Below, piece by piece: positions 38,461-54,180 of a DNA stretch of 64,000 nt; position 1 is the stretch's first letter, and every line of letters begins with the position of its first letter. Source of the stretch: Isurus oxyrinchus (taxonomy: Eukaryota). The translations under genes and the position numbers were made by a program. Under the pieces are notes generated by a model that saw nothing but the letters and a program-made list of their open reading frames with translations, ran no database searches and was not told where the DNA came from. The stretch lies in NCBI GenBank assembly GCA_026770705.1, contig JANJGN010000026.1, forward strand, positions 23,188,001 through 23,252,000, read 5' to 3'.

Positions 38461-38916
38461 GAATGCGAAGTTACTTTTTATTAATAACCCTAAAAGTTAC
38501 AACTGCCACCGAACTAACAGATCTTCTCCTTTGTCTGTCCACTTCATTGTCCAAATAAAGTTTTGTTTTACTTTTGCAGTTTAATAGTGGCACTTACATC
38601 ATCTAACCACCCCCTTCCTTGTGAAATTGCTTAACTACAGTAGCTGCAGAAACCACATCCTTATCTATCCTCTACCAAGCCTCTCCTCATCCTCTCAGAA
38701 TGAAATCATTCCTATCTTTATCCAGGATTTTCCATTATCCTTAAATGAATTGTCTCAGTTTATGAATCTAATCAAGCTCCTCCAATGTTCATTCTAGTTC
38801 AGTTTGGTTAATTGTGAACTATCACATCTGCTTGTGTTTCTGCCTTATCTTCATGTTCAGCCTGGTTTTGCTTGTGGTCAGAAGTCAGTTCAGTGACCCC
38901 TGTCCAGCTGCATGTA

Positions 38917-39250
38917 ACTCTTCCGAGTACAAACACGTTTCCATCTGTTCCTATTCAGATGAAGTTACATTGTTTCATAGTTTGCCACTGTGAGATTTGA
39001 ACTCCTGATTTTTTTTTAAATTGGACTTGTAACTCTTTTGAGTACAAACCCATCTGTTTCAGATGAAGTTACATTGTTTCATAGTTTGCCATTGTGAGAT
39101 TTTTTAAATTGGACTTGTAACTCTTTTGAGTACAAACCCATCTGTTTCAGATGAAGTTACATTGTTTCATAGTTTGCCATTGTGAGATTTGAACTCTTGA
39201 GCTTGGAGTTACAAGCCCAGTACCATAACCACTTGGCTATTTAGGCCAAG
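38917..39250 (-). mobile_element. tRNA-derived SINE with triplicated body
   Basis: Box A TAGCCAAGTGG and box B AGTTCAAATCT. The ~89-bp body occurs three times. 13-bp TSD ccagctgcatgta at 38904-38916 and 39251-39263. Confidence 0.8.
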
Positions 39251-39997
39251 CCAGCTGCATGTATTCTCACAGGGTAACTGGATTTGTGTCCATGGTGCCT
39301 GTGTTAGACATTGAATCATTGTTTGACACCCAACCAGTGCAGTGAAATCAGAAACAACGTTCACATAAAAGGTGATGCAAATCTGGACCAATCTCCACAA
39401 AAGGCCAGGGATCGATTGAAATTTTCAAGATGGGAATCGATAGATTCTTGTTAAATAAAGATCTCAAAGAAAATGCAGATCAACTATGATCTAATTGAAT
39501 GGGGGAGCAGACTTATGGGACTGAATGGCCTCATCTTGTTCCTATGTCCTGGCTGCTGTCCCTCCAGCAATGATTATCTCAGAGTGGGAGCAGTTTGGGA
39601 TATCCCTGAGGGGCAGTTTGTTCAACATCCAACCCTGAGCTGCCCCAGAAAGGGGCAGTTTGTGATGTCCCCTTGGGGTGCAGTAACTTCAGTGTCTGTC
39701 CTTGAGATGCACCAGGAAGGGAAGTTTGTGATGTTCCTGTGCAGTGCAATGTGATCAGCATCTAACCCTAAACTGCCTCACACATCCTGCTCGGACCCAT
39801 CATGTCTCTGTCCCTTATTTCTCACAGTAATCCAAACACAAAGTCCAGCTACAAACATTACTTTCATTTTCTAATTATTTTACAGGGATTCACCACATTC
39901 ATGGTAGTTTACATTACTGGAAGTAAGCCTTTTAAAAAGTGACCCTTCCCACTATACTTTATACAGCATGCAGATTAAAAGTATATGAATATATACT

Positions 39998-40640
39998 TTA
40001 AGTATATGTCCATCCTTGGGCTGCTGCAATGTTCCAGTGAAGCTCAATGCAAACTGGAGGAACCTCATCTTCCGACGAGGCACTTCATAGCCTTCCAGAC
40101 TGAATATTGAGTTCAACAATTTTAGATCCTGAACTCTCTCCTCCATCCCCACCCCCTTTCTGATCCCCCTTTTTTCCAATAATTTATATATATTTTTCTT
40201 TTCCTACCTATTTCCATTATTTTAAAATGTATTTCCATGCATTGTTTTATCTCTACGTTTTAGCCTATTTCGATCCCTTCCCCCCACCCCACCCCCACTA
40301 GGGCTATATGTACCTTTCTCGTCCTGCTTTCTACCCTTAATGTCTCCTATTTCTTAGCTATTATCACCACCATCAATACCTCTTTGTCCTTTTGTCTATG
40401 ACATCGTTTGGCAATCTCCACCTATCACTGGCCCTCTATCCAACTCTACCTGTCCCACCCCCCTTAAACCAGCTTATATTTCAACTCTCTTCTATTTTTC
40501 CTTAGTTCTGTTAAAAAGACTCGAAACATTAACTGTATTCCTCTCTGCAGATGCTGTCAGACCTGCTGAGTTTTTCCAGGTATTTTTATTTTTGTTTTTG
40601 TTTTGGATTTCCAGCTTCCGCAGTTTTTTGCTTTTATCAT
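39998..40640 (+). mobile_element. Older Penelope 3' fragment
   Basis: Homologous to 3925-4599. Hammerhead stem II is partly deleted. Confidence 0.85.
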
Positions 40641-40869
40641 GTTCTGTGGACATGGGTTCAAATGTGGAATTTTAAAGCTGGTTTGATGATTGATTAATTC
40701 ACTGAGGAAATCTATTGTTCTGAAAAACCATGGAAATCTGAAAGGAAAAACTGGAAAAGCTCAGCAGGTCTCTCTGGCTCTATAATAAACCAAGGGCCCG
40801 AGGCCCCTCTGAGCATTCACAATCCACCTGGCCAACCCGCAGTAAGAGCAGTTTCTGAAGTGCCCAGGA

Positions 40870-41170
40870 TTCACGGATCACAGAATTGGTACCATGCAGG
40901 AGGCCATTGGGCCCATCATGTCTGTACCGGCTCTCTGAATGAACAAATCCCTTCGTAACATTCTCCAGCCTCTTCCCCGTAACCCTGCACAATATTTCTT
41001 TTCAGATAACAGTCTAATTCCCTTTTGAATGCCTCAATTGAACCTGCCTCCTCCAAACTCTCAGGTAGCTCATTCCAGACTTTAACCACACTCTGTGAAA
41101 AAAATTCCTCATCACCTTTGCTTCTTTTAGCAATTACTTTAACTCTGTGCCTTATCATTTTCATTCTTTT
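40870..41170 (-). mobile_element. CR1 3' fragment
   Basis: FFSQSVVKVWNELPE..EAGSIEAFKRELD. Confidence 0.75.
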
Positions 41171-41709
41171 CAAAACTTATTGCTGAGTACGTGCCATTTG
41201 ATAGCACTTTCAATGACACTTTTGATTACTTTGCTAATTATCCAGTGAATGGACGGTAATTGGCAAGATTGGATTTGTCATACGTTTTGAGAACAAGACC
41301 TACCTGGGCAATTTTCCACATTGTGGGGTAGATACCAGTGCTGTAGCTGTACTGGAACAGCTTGGCTTATCAAGCCAAGATAAATGTTTATTTCTTGGGA
41401 ACTAGGATCCTGGACTGACAGTGATGGCTTTTGTGAACTCCTTTTACACAGAATATTAGAAGCGGAGGACTTGCTGACAGAAATCTCAAACTGAAGAACA
41501 TGTCACCGTCTGACAGTCACTTGATTCATCAGGATCTGAATATCATTGGAAATTTGAATCTAGAAGGAGAAATGTTTGACTGTTCTGTCAGCTTCTAAAT
41601 GTTTTGAACATCATTGTAACTGGAAAAGCACACACACACGCACTCACCCTGGTTACAGTGCTCCAGTGGACTGACTGTAGAAAAAGCTTTAACCAGGTAC
41701 ACAGTCTGA

Positions 41710-42662
<953 letters not shown>

Positions 42663-43616
42663 TTACAGGGGTTAGATTCTGCTGCTTTTGCTGCTGTTAA
42701 TCACATCCAGGACTGAACCATGTTCATTCTGACAGTTGGTGAAGTGGGAGGGTTGGAGGGTTTCTTTCTGCTGGACTGGACGGGTTCATGACTTTGCTTC
42801 CAGTGAGCTGATGCCCTTTGAATGTGGGAGTGCACTTTTCCACTGAAATTTCACTCGCCATCCTGATTTGGAAATATCTCGCTGTTCCTTCATTGTCACT
42901 GGGTCAAAATCCTGGAACTCCCTCCCTAACAGCACTGTGGATGTACCTGCACCATAGGGACTGCAGCGGTTCAAGAAGGCAGCTCACCAACACCTTCCCA
43001 AGGGCAACTGGGGATGGGCAGTAAATGCTGGCTCAGCGAGCGAAGCCCAAATGCCGTGAATGAATTTTTAAAAATGACCCACAAAAGCTGATGAAGTACA
43101 TTTATTTTATCCTGGACAGTAAATAGTAATTTTCCTACCACTACAGGTAGATCTCAATTAAATACATTTGTCTCTGTTCCATTGAGTCTACAGCATGGGC
43201 CAGGCCAGTCAGCTCAATTAGTCTATGTCAGTATTTATGCTCCACATGAGCCTCCACCCACCCCTCTTCTTCTCCCCCACCCCCACTCCATCAGTATATC
43301 CTTCTATTCCTTCTCCTTCATGTATGTACCTAGCTTCCCCTTAAATATATCCATGCTGTTCACCTCAACCATGCACTGTGGTAGCGAGTTCTACATTCTC
43401 CCACTCACTTGGTAAAGAGATTTCTCATGAAAGCCCTACTGGCTAATTGAACTGCTTCAGAATCTTTCATATTTCCATCAGGTCACCCTTCAGGGATTAT
43501 TATGTGTATTGCAGGTTATAAGATAGTTGAACAGAGGAAAAGATATGACTCAGGAACAGTAGTCGGCCACTTGGCCCCTTGAGCCTGCTCCACCATTCGA
43601 TAAGATCATGGCTGTT

Positions 43617-44707
43617 GTTAAGATATACAGTAGGTTGTAAGTTGTAATATTCTAAATGGGATATTACAAAGATGAGACATTTTCATTTCTTCCTGGGGAA
43701 GATGTTGTGAAGATCTAGTTTCTTAATTCATGTTTTAGAAATATAACTTTTAGTTTAGGAATTGTATTGGTTTTTGAAATGTACGATAAATGGAAAACCT
43801 GGGTTGAGAATCTGACAGAAACACCCTAAGGGAATTCACAATCACAAGGTGTGGCTCATGTTGATTTAAGAAGCCAAAGCTCGAAGGGTAAAACAGCTGT
43901 AAAATGGCAGATGAGGTCTTTTATCTGGAGACCGGGAGACATTTGGTCTGATAATTATTGTCCTGTCTTTGTTAGAGAGATGAATTCTTCATGCAGACCT
44001 CAGGGAAAAAAGGTTTGGTTTTGAAACTAAAAGTTAATAAATTTAAATATCAGTTGGACATCCCAGCTGGTCTCTGTTACCATGGAGATAAGTGATTCAG
44101 GGTGAAGCCTTGGTTGGGATTCTGTGTGTTCTTCACAGAAAGCAGGCAGTCTGCAGTTCGCTTGGAAGCAGTCAGCTGTGGGACCAGGAGCTGTGAACCA
44201 GCTGTGGGATTGGAAGCCTAAAGGGTCATTAGGAACTAGGGGTGTTCCTAATGTTCAAATCCTTCAGCAAGAAGGCAGTGAAGCCCACACTTGGACTGAG
44301 GAATCCAGATTTTTGAGGTCTTAAAGGAAAATTGGAGGGTTGTTTAGTCAAAAGCTAATGGAAGGACCACCGTAAAATCTTGCAGCTTGGTGAATTAAAG
44401 TGAATTCTGGAGAGCTTTGGTATACCTTTGGGATGGTCGCAGGAACAGAAGTAAATGAACCTTCAAGATATCGTTCAGTATAAGGAAACTCTTGGGCGCA
44501 AGTTAAAAAGTAGAACTGGGTTTACAGTATAAGTCTTTATAAACTATAGTGTTAAGTTCATGGTTCTGGTTTTTAATATTCTTTTCTATGTAGAGTAAAG
44601 TTTGGTTTTCTTTAAAAACATGGAATCTTGTGGCATAACTCTTTCAGTTAATCACTGGGCATTTGAATTCTCTTTAAACTTTAACAGTTTTGACTGGGAT
44701 CATAGCA
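43617..44707 (+). mobile_element. Solo LTR-like element
   Basis: TGTAAGAT..GGGATCATAGCA termini. The 3' end resembles that of 27174-28197. Confidence 0.5.
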
Positions 44708-44759
44708 CGCACAAATAACATTTCAAAAGTTGAAAAAGAAAAAAAGATAATTTTCCTTA

Positions 44760-46490
44760 TTTTGTACAAAGCATTACATTATAAGACACCCCTTTTCTAG
44801 GATCCCCAATAATTTCCTCGTTTGAGGTCTTCCTTTCATGAAACAATCCGATAATTGATGATTAAAATTGGAACTATTTGTAATCCCTTGTAAAGCAGGA
44901 GGGCTGTCGCCCAACACAGAGGGTAATTTGGGATTTCTCCCACAGACCAATTGATAGGGACTATACCTTCCAACCATCTGAAATTAATTCTTTACATGAA
45001 TCATCCATGCCAGTTCAGTTGTCAACTTGCAGTTTGGCTGATCAGCTAAAACTTTATGCAGCCTTTCATGGATCACTGAGTGATTCCTTTCACAGAGCCC
45101 ATTGCTGAAAGGACTGTCAACTGCAGTGTTCATGACCATAATGTTCATATCTAAATTTGTCATTAGCAAATTCCCCTCCATTATCAGTCAGAAATTTAGC
45201 TGGTGGCCAGGTCCAGTACCTATCCATTTCCCATGATTTGGTCTATAATCACTCTTTTGTCCTTGCCATGTATTATTGGAGAAAGACTAAATCAGGTGAC
45301 CATGTCTATAACGTGTAGAATGAAAACATTCCTGTCTTTATCCCACACCTTTGGATCCATGGCAACTACCTTGTTAAAGTCATGTGCCAAGTGAAGGTTT
45401 ACAATAGAATGCGATGGTGTCCTCCGATACTTTTTACATATCTCACACTTTGCACTAATCTCTTTTCTGAGCCTCGTATACTCTTCATCAACTACCCTTG
45501 CATCTTTTACAAGGATTTTTAATCTTTGACAGGAAGGGTGAGCAAATTATCTGTGCAGCTTTAAGACAATTTGTTTTTTTTCTCTCTCTCTGATTCTTAT
45601 CACCTGATTCCATTAATCCTTCTCAAACACTCTGATTAGAAACATCAGGTACTGTTAAGGGGATATGATAATGTCCTGTTTGAGTAGGCTGCAGATCTGC
45701 TGACTTTCCAAAAAGTTAGTTGCCTTATCTCGCTCTGTGTCCAGTGGCATAATGATCATCATATCTTGAGTCAGACGTCTAACACCTGTTAATTGTTCCC
45801 AGTGTCATTCCTGGGGTTCATTCACCCATTAGTGCTGTTCCAATGCAGATCTGCTAAAGGTGCTTTCAACCTCATTCGAAATCTGTTCAGGTCTGACTAT
45901 TCTTCATTGGCATCCAATTTGATCATCTTTCTTGTAAATCTCTTCCAGAACCCCAATAGAAGAGCTAAACCTTCATTAGTATCCAACTGATGGGTATCTA
46001 GCTCACAAAATACTTCTACTTCTGATTTTACTTTAGTTAGGAAGTGACAATGCCAAGGCCAGACTTTGTTTCCTCCTTGGTTGGGACATAACCCGTGTCC
46101 ACATATCCATTTCATTCTTCCGCTGGTCATATGGCTCAGGCTCTGAGAACATCAGCGGGTAATCAGGCCCTGAGAATTTCCACTTGCTTTCAGCCATTCC
46201 TCACAAAAACTGTCGGATTGTAAGCCTTTATCTGAAATCTTATTTTCTTTGAGTTGCCAAACATTAGACAATCATTCTCAGTTACCGTGTTATAATCCTG
46301 ACAGCCCCTATGGTGAAGGAAGAAACTGGAACCAATCCTTACTTGGTATAGATTTATTCACAGAATGAAACATTAACCTCCTAACTCCACTCCATACTCT
46401 GTCAGTACGTGTCTCTCTATTTGCACTCATGTCACCAGCCAAACAGGCCCTCCATCTGAATATACTTAACCTCCATTGATACAATTAACA
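44760..46490 (-). mobile_element. Copia-superfamily (GalEa-like) LTR retrotransposon relic: 5' LTR, gag, integrase
   Basis: LTR 46288-46490 (TGTTA..TAACA) is followed by a degenerate tRNA-Met-like PBS. Then gag (KQSLALALSL), KLHR*FAHPS..CEIC, FLTDNGGEF, SPFSNGLCERNH and SPYQLVCGRNP, with no RT between gag and integrase. Confidence 0.7.
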
Positions 46491-46544
46491 CCCGCAGTCA
46501 GAGTATCTAAAATGTCTCTAATCAGTGTGACTGCCATGGGATCT

Positions 46545-47275
46545 CAGCCAGTTGGCTGACTCAGTGAATCCTTTCCCACACTCAGAAAAGATGAACAGTT
46601 TCTCTCCTCTGTATGAGCTCACTGGTGCCTTCGCAGGCTGGATGAATCAACGAATACCTTCCTACATTCAGAGCAGGTGAATGGCCTTTCCCTGGTGTGA
46701 ACTCGCTGATGTCTCAGCAGGTGGGATGACTCACTTTCCCACACACAGACAGCAGGTGAAAGGCCTCTCCCCGATGTGAACTCGCTGGTGTTTCCACAGG
46801 CTGGATGAGTGTGTGAATCCCTTCCCACACTCCTTGCAGCTGAATGGCCTCTCTCTATTGTGAACGTGTCGATGTGTCCGTGGACTAGTTGATGAGTGAA
46901 TCCCTTCCCACGCACGGAGCAGGTAAATGGCCTCTCTTCAGTGTGAGCCATTTGGTGTCGCAGCATGTTGGTTAACCGAGTAAATCCCTTCTTGCACACA
47001 GAGCAGATGAATGGCCTCTCCCCAGTGTGAACTCACCGGTGTGTCTGCAGATGGGATGAGCAAGTGAATCCCTTCCCACACTCAGTGCAGGTGAATGGCC
47101 TCTCCCCAGTGTGAACTCGCTGATGCGTAAACAGGTGGGATGAGTGTGTGAATCCCTTTCCACACGTGGAGCAGATGAATGGTTTCTCCCCTGAGTGAAT
47201 CCATCGATGAACTTCCAGTGCAGACGGGGTACGGAATCCCTTCGCACACTCCCAACATTTCCATGCTTTCTCCAT
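46545..47275 (-). pseudogene. C2H2 zinc-finger unit G
   Basis: MEKAWKC ORF 47033-47275 ends at a premature TGA and frameshifted fingers follow. The acceptor AG is mutated near 47648. Confidence 0.85.
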
Positions 47276-48718
47276 GGTGACAGTGTCCTTGTATCTCCCC
47301 AGGTTCGATGCTCAGTTGAAAACTTTTCCACACACACATGAGTATGGTCCCTCTCCACTATGAATGGTGTGTTTTTTCAGGCTGTGTAACTAGTTAAAGC
47401 TCTTTCCACTATTAGTGCACTGGAACACTCACAGTCATGTGTGTGTCTGTGTGTGTGCGTGTGTGTGTCAGTGCTTTTACAGTCACACAAGTTTAAAACC
47501 TTCTGAAGCACATAGAACAGATAAACATTTCTGCTTCTTGTTTCAAAAGTTGAAGACATTCAGCTCCCAATGAATCAGGTGACTGTCAGATTCTGATGTG
47601 AGGTTTGGTTTGATAATCTGTCTGCAAATCCTCCCCTTCTAATATCCAGTAAAAGGAGTTTACAAAAGTCATAACTGTCAGTACAGGATAGAAATTGAGA
47701 ACACACAATTCTAGTTTCTAGGGATCATTCTTTCTTCTCTCATTCCCCAAAATGCTGTAAATCTTGATCCCACAAACTCTCCCTCCAATCTCACTCTGCT
47801 GGTACTAATATACACCCTCCCAATTCTCCTGAAGGTGCTAATTCATGCTGATTGTCAGATCCCTGCTTACAAATTCTATATATTTATTGGACAAAAATTA
47901 ATGTAGTATAAAGTACTGTATTGCATGATACATAGGGCATGTGGGGACGAACTTTATTTAGGCAATGAGCGGACATGACCTGGAACTTTCTGCCTACGAG
48001 CATGGTGGAAGCAGAGTTGATCAATGATTTCAAACTGAAATTGGATGAGCACTTGAAGAAAATAAACTTGCAGGGCTGCAGGGTCATAGAGGAGGAATGG
48101 GACTGAGTGGATTCCTCTACAAAGAGTCAGCATGGTCTTGAATAGACTCCTTCTGAGCCATCATGACTCTATGACTGAAAATATATAACGTAGCTACAGT
48201 TCAATATTACAAGACTAGAAATAACGATAAATGTACTTTATAACAGAACCATAAATAATAATCTAATATGTATCATATAACATTAGTCAAATCTCTGTCT
48301 TATATAAATTAACTGTCCCCTTAAATGCCAGCCATCTCCTGGGGAAACTACCCCTCTAATTAGAAACATTAGGAAAGAGACTATCCTTTTAGCCAGACAA
48401 ATAAATGTGTCAAGCTGAGGGAGCAAAGGATATCAATGTCTTTAAGAGAGAGGGAGACCTGAGCCAATCTTTCCAGAGTCTGCACCCTCCCTGGATTCAC
48501 TTCCTTTCCCTTCAGCTCCTGTAAGTCAACAATTAGAAAATAATTTCCCGAATTAGAGAACAAATGGAAATGGGGAGAAAAGAAAGTGTTTTACTCACAG
48601 ATGTTGCACGGAGGAGGGTGTTTTAACGTCAGTGAAGCTGAACTTTCATTCAGAGAGAGAGGAGTAGCAACTTTGCTGGACAATAATGACCAGGTCAGCA
48701 AACTCATTGTCCAAACAA

Positions 48719-48922
48719 AAACAGAATTATCTGGAAAAACTCAGGTCTGGCAGCATCGGCGGAGAAGAAAAGAGTTGACGTTTCGAGACCTCATGACCCT
48801 TCAACAGAACTCGAAACGTCAACTCTTTTCTTCTCCGCCGATGCTGCCAGACCTGCTGAGTTTTTCCAGGTAACTCTGTTTTTGTTTTGGATTTCCAGCA
48901 TCCGCAGTTTTTTTTGTTTTTA
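48719..48922. mobile_element. Fold-back Penelope tail element with 15-bp TSD
   Basis: Inverted arms 48713-48787 and 48810-48888. tcattgtccaaacaa occurs at 48704-48718 and 48923-48937. Confidence 0.85.
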
Positions 48923-48979
48923 TCATTGTCCAAACAACTCATTCAAACAACGGGGAAAACCCGTGCTGCCAGAGGCACA

Positions 48980-49540
48980 AAGGCCACACTCTGATTGGCT
49001 GGAGGACTAGTCCACATCCGGTCCTCCAGCTCTTTCCATTGGTCAACTCCGTTCAATGTGGGAGCGCAACCGGAGTGCACGTGGGGGCGGGAGAGACTTT
49101 GATCTCCAGACGCGCTGAGCTGTTGTCCAATCCGCAGTAGTTTGCTCCTATAACTAGGGCTATTGATCCTAATGAGACATGGTGTTGGGAACGCCCCTTT
49201 GAGTTATTATGACGTTCATAAAGGAACACTGTCTGAATTAAACAATAGGACTGACTTTGCTCCACGGTGACGTGCTCGGGTTTAGTCTGCAGGCCAGGCG
49301 CGCGCGGAACGGGAGTCCCATCCCCACCCATTGTTTTTCCTCCTCCCGAGCCAACGTTTCCAGGCAACCCACTCGGAGAACTCCCCCTTCCCCCTCCTGC
49401 TCCCACCACCCCCAACTGCAGCTGGCTGGTCCAAAAAGAGATCGAGAGCGACTGCTGGCGGCAGCTGCATTGCGCCTGCTCCCAACAGCTCGGTCAGCAG
49501 CGCTTTCTGCGCCTGTGTGCTGGGCTGCCGGATGAGGGAG
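48980..49540. promoter_or_regulatory. Bidirectional CpG/CCAAT promoter between units G(-) and H(+)
   Basis: CTGATTGG, CCATTGG, CCAATC, TGACGT twice and GGGGCGGG, with high CpG density. Confidence 0.6.
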
Positions 49541-49951
49541 TGTGGAAGGGAGTTTGTAAAATGTCTTTTCCCCTCATTTTGTTCCAAGTCATGTAGTTTG
49601 ATTTTAAACAGCGCAGCATTTGTTTTTACCTTGACAAACACACTAAAACTTCCTCCTTGTTCAACATCTTTGAGTAAAACACTTTCTTTCCCCTTTCTCC
49701 TGGGAAATACAGAGAGTCGTGGGATTCTGTAACCGGAATTAGTGCCAAATATGCTGAGGGGGGAAATGCTGGTGATTTTGTGGAACCTGTTTTTTATTGA
49801 ATGAGCTGGTTCAAGTCAATTTTGTCCTGTCTATTCAAATACTGTTTGTCTGTTAATGCATGCTTCACTTACGTTAATTTTAGTTTGATTGTTACATTGG
49901 AAGTTTGAAACTTTGTCCTTTGCTTTATTCTGTGGGTTGTCTGCGAATTTG

Positions 49952-50170
49952 AAACAAAAACAGAAAATTTTGGAAAACTCAGCATCTATGGAGAGAAAGA
50001 CAGGGTTAACGTTTCAAGTCCATATGATTCGAAAGAAGACTGAAGAAGAGTCATATACGGACTCGAAACATTAACTCTGTTTCTCTCTCCACAGATGCTG
50101 TTAGACCTGCTGAGTTTTTCCAGCATTTTTGTTTTTGTTTCAGATTTTCAGCATCCGCAGTATTTTGCTT
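49952..50170 (+). mobile_element. Partial fold-back Penelope tail element with hammerhead and 15-bp TSD
   Basis: CTGAAGA A GAGTC atatacg GACTC GAAA CATT at 50040-50072. Flanks ttgtctgcgaatttg (49937-49951) and ttgtctgggaatttg (50171-50185). Confidence 0.8.
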
Positions 50171-51255
50171 TTGTCTGGGAATTTGTTTATTTTAAGATTA
50201 TCAGTCTCCATGGGGATCATAACAACAGAGATATGTCTAGTGTTGCTATATGGTAGATATTAGATATATTGTTGGTTCTGTAATAAATTTCTTATGATTG
50301 CTATTACTTGTAGTACTTCTAGCACTATTTCTTGTAATATAATGCTGTGGCTACGTTATATATTTCCAGTCAGAGACTATTATGGCGCAGAAGGAATCCA
50401 TTTGGAAACTCAGGCCCATGCTGACTCACTGTAGAGCAACCCAGTCAGTCTCATTTCCTTCCATATCTCCATTCAGCTGCAAGTTTATTTCCTTCAAGTG
50501 TCCATCCAATTTTATTTTGAAATCATTGATCATCTCCACTTCCACCAGCCTCAGGTAGCGAGTTTCAGGTCATAGCTGCTCACTGGCTAAGAAAAGCTCT
50601 TCTTTACAACACCCTTGTGTCTCTAATTCAGTAATACATTACTGTATTACACACATATTTAGTCCAATAAATATATATAGAGGCTAGCAGTCTGCGTGAA
50701 GCTTTTCAGGTCCTTTTGTCTTGGACAGGGAGCGATAAGCGTGGATCTGTTGATCAGCATGAGAATTTGGAGGGGGTATATTAGATGCAGCAGAATGAAA
50801 ATGAATGAAGCAGGGATGGGGAAACAGATTTACAGCTTTGGGGGAATGAGTGAAGAAAGAATGTTCCATAGAAACGAGAACCATCTGTTCTGAATTTCTA
50901 TCCTGTACTGACAATGATGACTTGTGTTAACTCCTTTCACAGGTTATTGGAAGGGGAGGATTTGCATACAGTTATCTCAAAACAAATATCACCTTAAGAT
51001 CTGACAGTTACTCGATTCAGTGGGGCCTAATATCATCAGTTTTTGAATCTGCAGGAACAAGTGTTTGTTCTGTCTGCTTCGGAAGATTTTAAACATCAGT
51101 GTGAGCATTCCAATGCACTGACTGTGGAAAGAACTTTAACTAGTTACACAGCTTGAAAAAACATTGCTATTTACAGTGGGAAGAGACTGTACATGTGCTC
51201 TGTGTGAGGCTTCAGCTGATCATGCAACCTGGAGAGACACAAGGACACCTGCACC

Positions 51256-52155
<900 letters not shown>

Positions 52156-53659
52156 CAGTTGGTGAAGTGGGAGGGTTTTTTTCTGATAGACTGGCCGATC
52201 TCATGACTTTGCTTCCAGTGGGCTAATGCTCTTTGAGCCTGGGAGTGTGCATTCCCACAAAAATGATCCACAATAGCTGATGAAGGACATTTATTTTATC
52301 CTGGATAGTAAATAGTATTTTCCCTATCACTGCAGGTGGATCTCAATTAAACACATTTGTCTCTGTTACATTGAATCTACAGCACAGGGCCAGGTCAGTT
52401 GGCTCAATAGGTCTATGTCAATATTAATGCTCCACATGAGCCTCCACCCACCCCTCTTCCTCTCACCCCATCAGCAGATCATCTATTCCTTTCTCCCTCT
52501 TGAACGTACCGAGCTTCCTTAAACATATTCATGCTATCCACCTCAGCCACTCACTGTGGTAGTGAGTTCCACATTCTCACCACTCACTGAGTAAAGATGT
52601 TTCTCAAGAAATCCCGACTGGAATATTGAACCTGTTCATAATCTTAAAATCTTCGATCAGGTCTCTGTTCAGTAGAGCCGCAGGTTGTTCAAATTTTCCT
52701 GAAGGTTAAATGCTGTCATTTCTGATATTGTTCTTGTGAATCTTTGTTGCACTTTTTCCAGTGCCTCTATGTCCCTTTTCTAAATGGAGATCAGAAATAT
52801 TGAGCATGTTGCCCATCTAGTTCGAACATGGTTCTAAACAGAGGTCCCACATATAAATGGATTCCATGATTTCAAAAAGATATGAAGCTGATAGACAGGG
52901 TGCAGAGGAGATTTATGAGAATGGCACCAGGGATGAGGGACTTCAGTTGGTTCAAGTGGAGCAGCTTTAGATCACAGAGTCATTAGGCCAAGAAAGAGGC
53001 CATTCACTCCATCCAGTCAATGCCAGTTCCCAGCAGAGCATTGCCCCGTTCTTTTCCTGTATCCCTGCATGTTTATTTCCCTCAAGTGCCCATCCAATTT
53101 CCTTATGAAATTGTTCATCTCCTCTGCTTCCACCATCCTCTTGGCATTATAGTTTTTTGGGGGGTCACTTAACCTCCAAATCTCCTCGCTCAATATAAAT
53201 TTTTTTGTTAACCATCCAGACTTAACCATTCAAGTAATGGGGGACAATTTAGTGATGTAACTCAGGGAATATTTACTAAGCAACAAAAGTCATACTTAAC
53301 AAAGCTAGGCAGTGACTTTACTGGCTCAATGCGATACTTGCTTCCTGATTCAGCCTAGGGTGTGAGCTCACTCTCTCTCTTTTTCTCTTGCTCAAGCCCT
53401 CTGGTCTTCTGCTTTCAGCTGACAAGCAGTATTCACTTACAAATTCAATGCATCTGGCAGCTCAAAGCTGGTGATTTTTAACTCCTCTCAAACCGCAAAC
53501 CATGTACATGATCAGTGACGTTACTGATTCCTGATTGAATAGTGCAGTGTGTGATCGGGCCCTGATTGGTTTAGCTGGTGCATGATCAGATTCTGGTTGG
53601 TTTCTCGAGGGTGATGGTCATCTATTGATGTCATTTCCCATTATGCCTTGACCGGCCCT

Positions 53660-54180
53660 CTGAGGTCACCACATTACAGGGAGGACATAATTGCTCAGGA
53701 GAGAGCACAGAGGAGATTTACAAAAATGTTGCCACAGCTTGAAGATTGCAGCTATGGGAAGAGATTTGATAGGCTAGGGTTGTTTTCCTTAGAACAGAGG
53801 AGGCTAAGGAGTGACCTATTTGAGGTGTACAAAATTATAAGGGGCCTAGATTAGGTAGATGGGAAATACTTGTTTCCCCTAGCAGGTCAATTACAAGGGA
53901 ACTTAGATTTAAGGTGATTAGAAGGATCAGAGGGGACATGAGGAAAAACCTTTTTACTCAGAAGGTGGTGGGTGCCTGGACTTCACTGCCTAAGTTGGTG
54001 GTTAAGACTGAAATGCTCAACTCATTTAAAAGGTATCTGGATCTGCATCTAAAGTGCTGTAACCTGCAAGCTACAGACCAGGTCCTGGAAAATGAGAGTA
54101 AAATGAGCTGGGAGTTTTTTTCTCTTTTTGGCAGACATGATGGGCTGAATGGCCTCTTTCTGCACCGTAACTTTTCTCTG
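53660..54180 (+). mobile_element. CR1 3' fragment
   Basis: SPHYREDIIAQERAQRRFTKML..RLGLFSLEQRRLRSDL. Confidence 0.8.
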
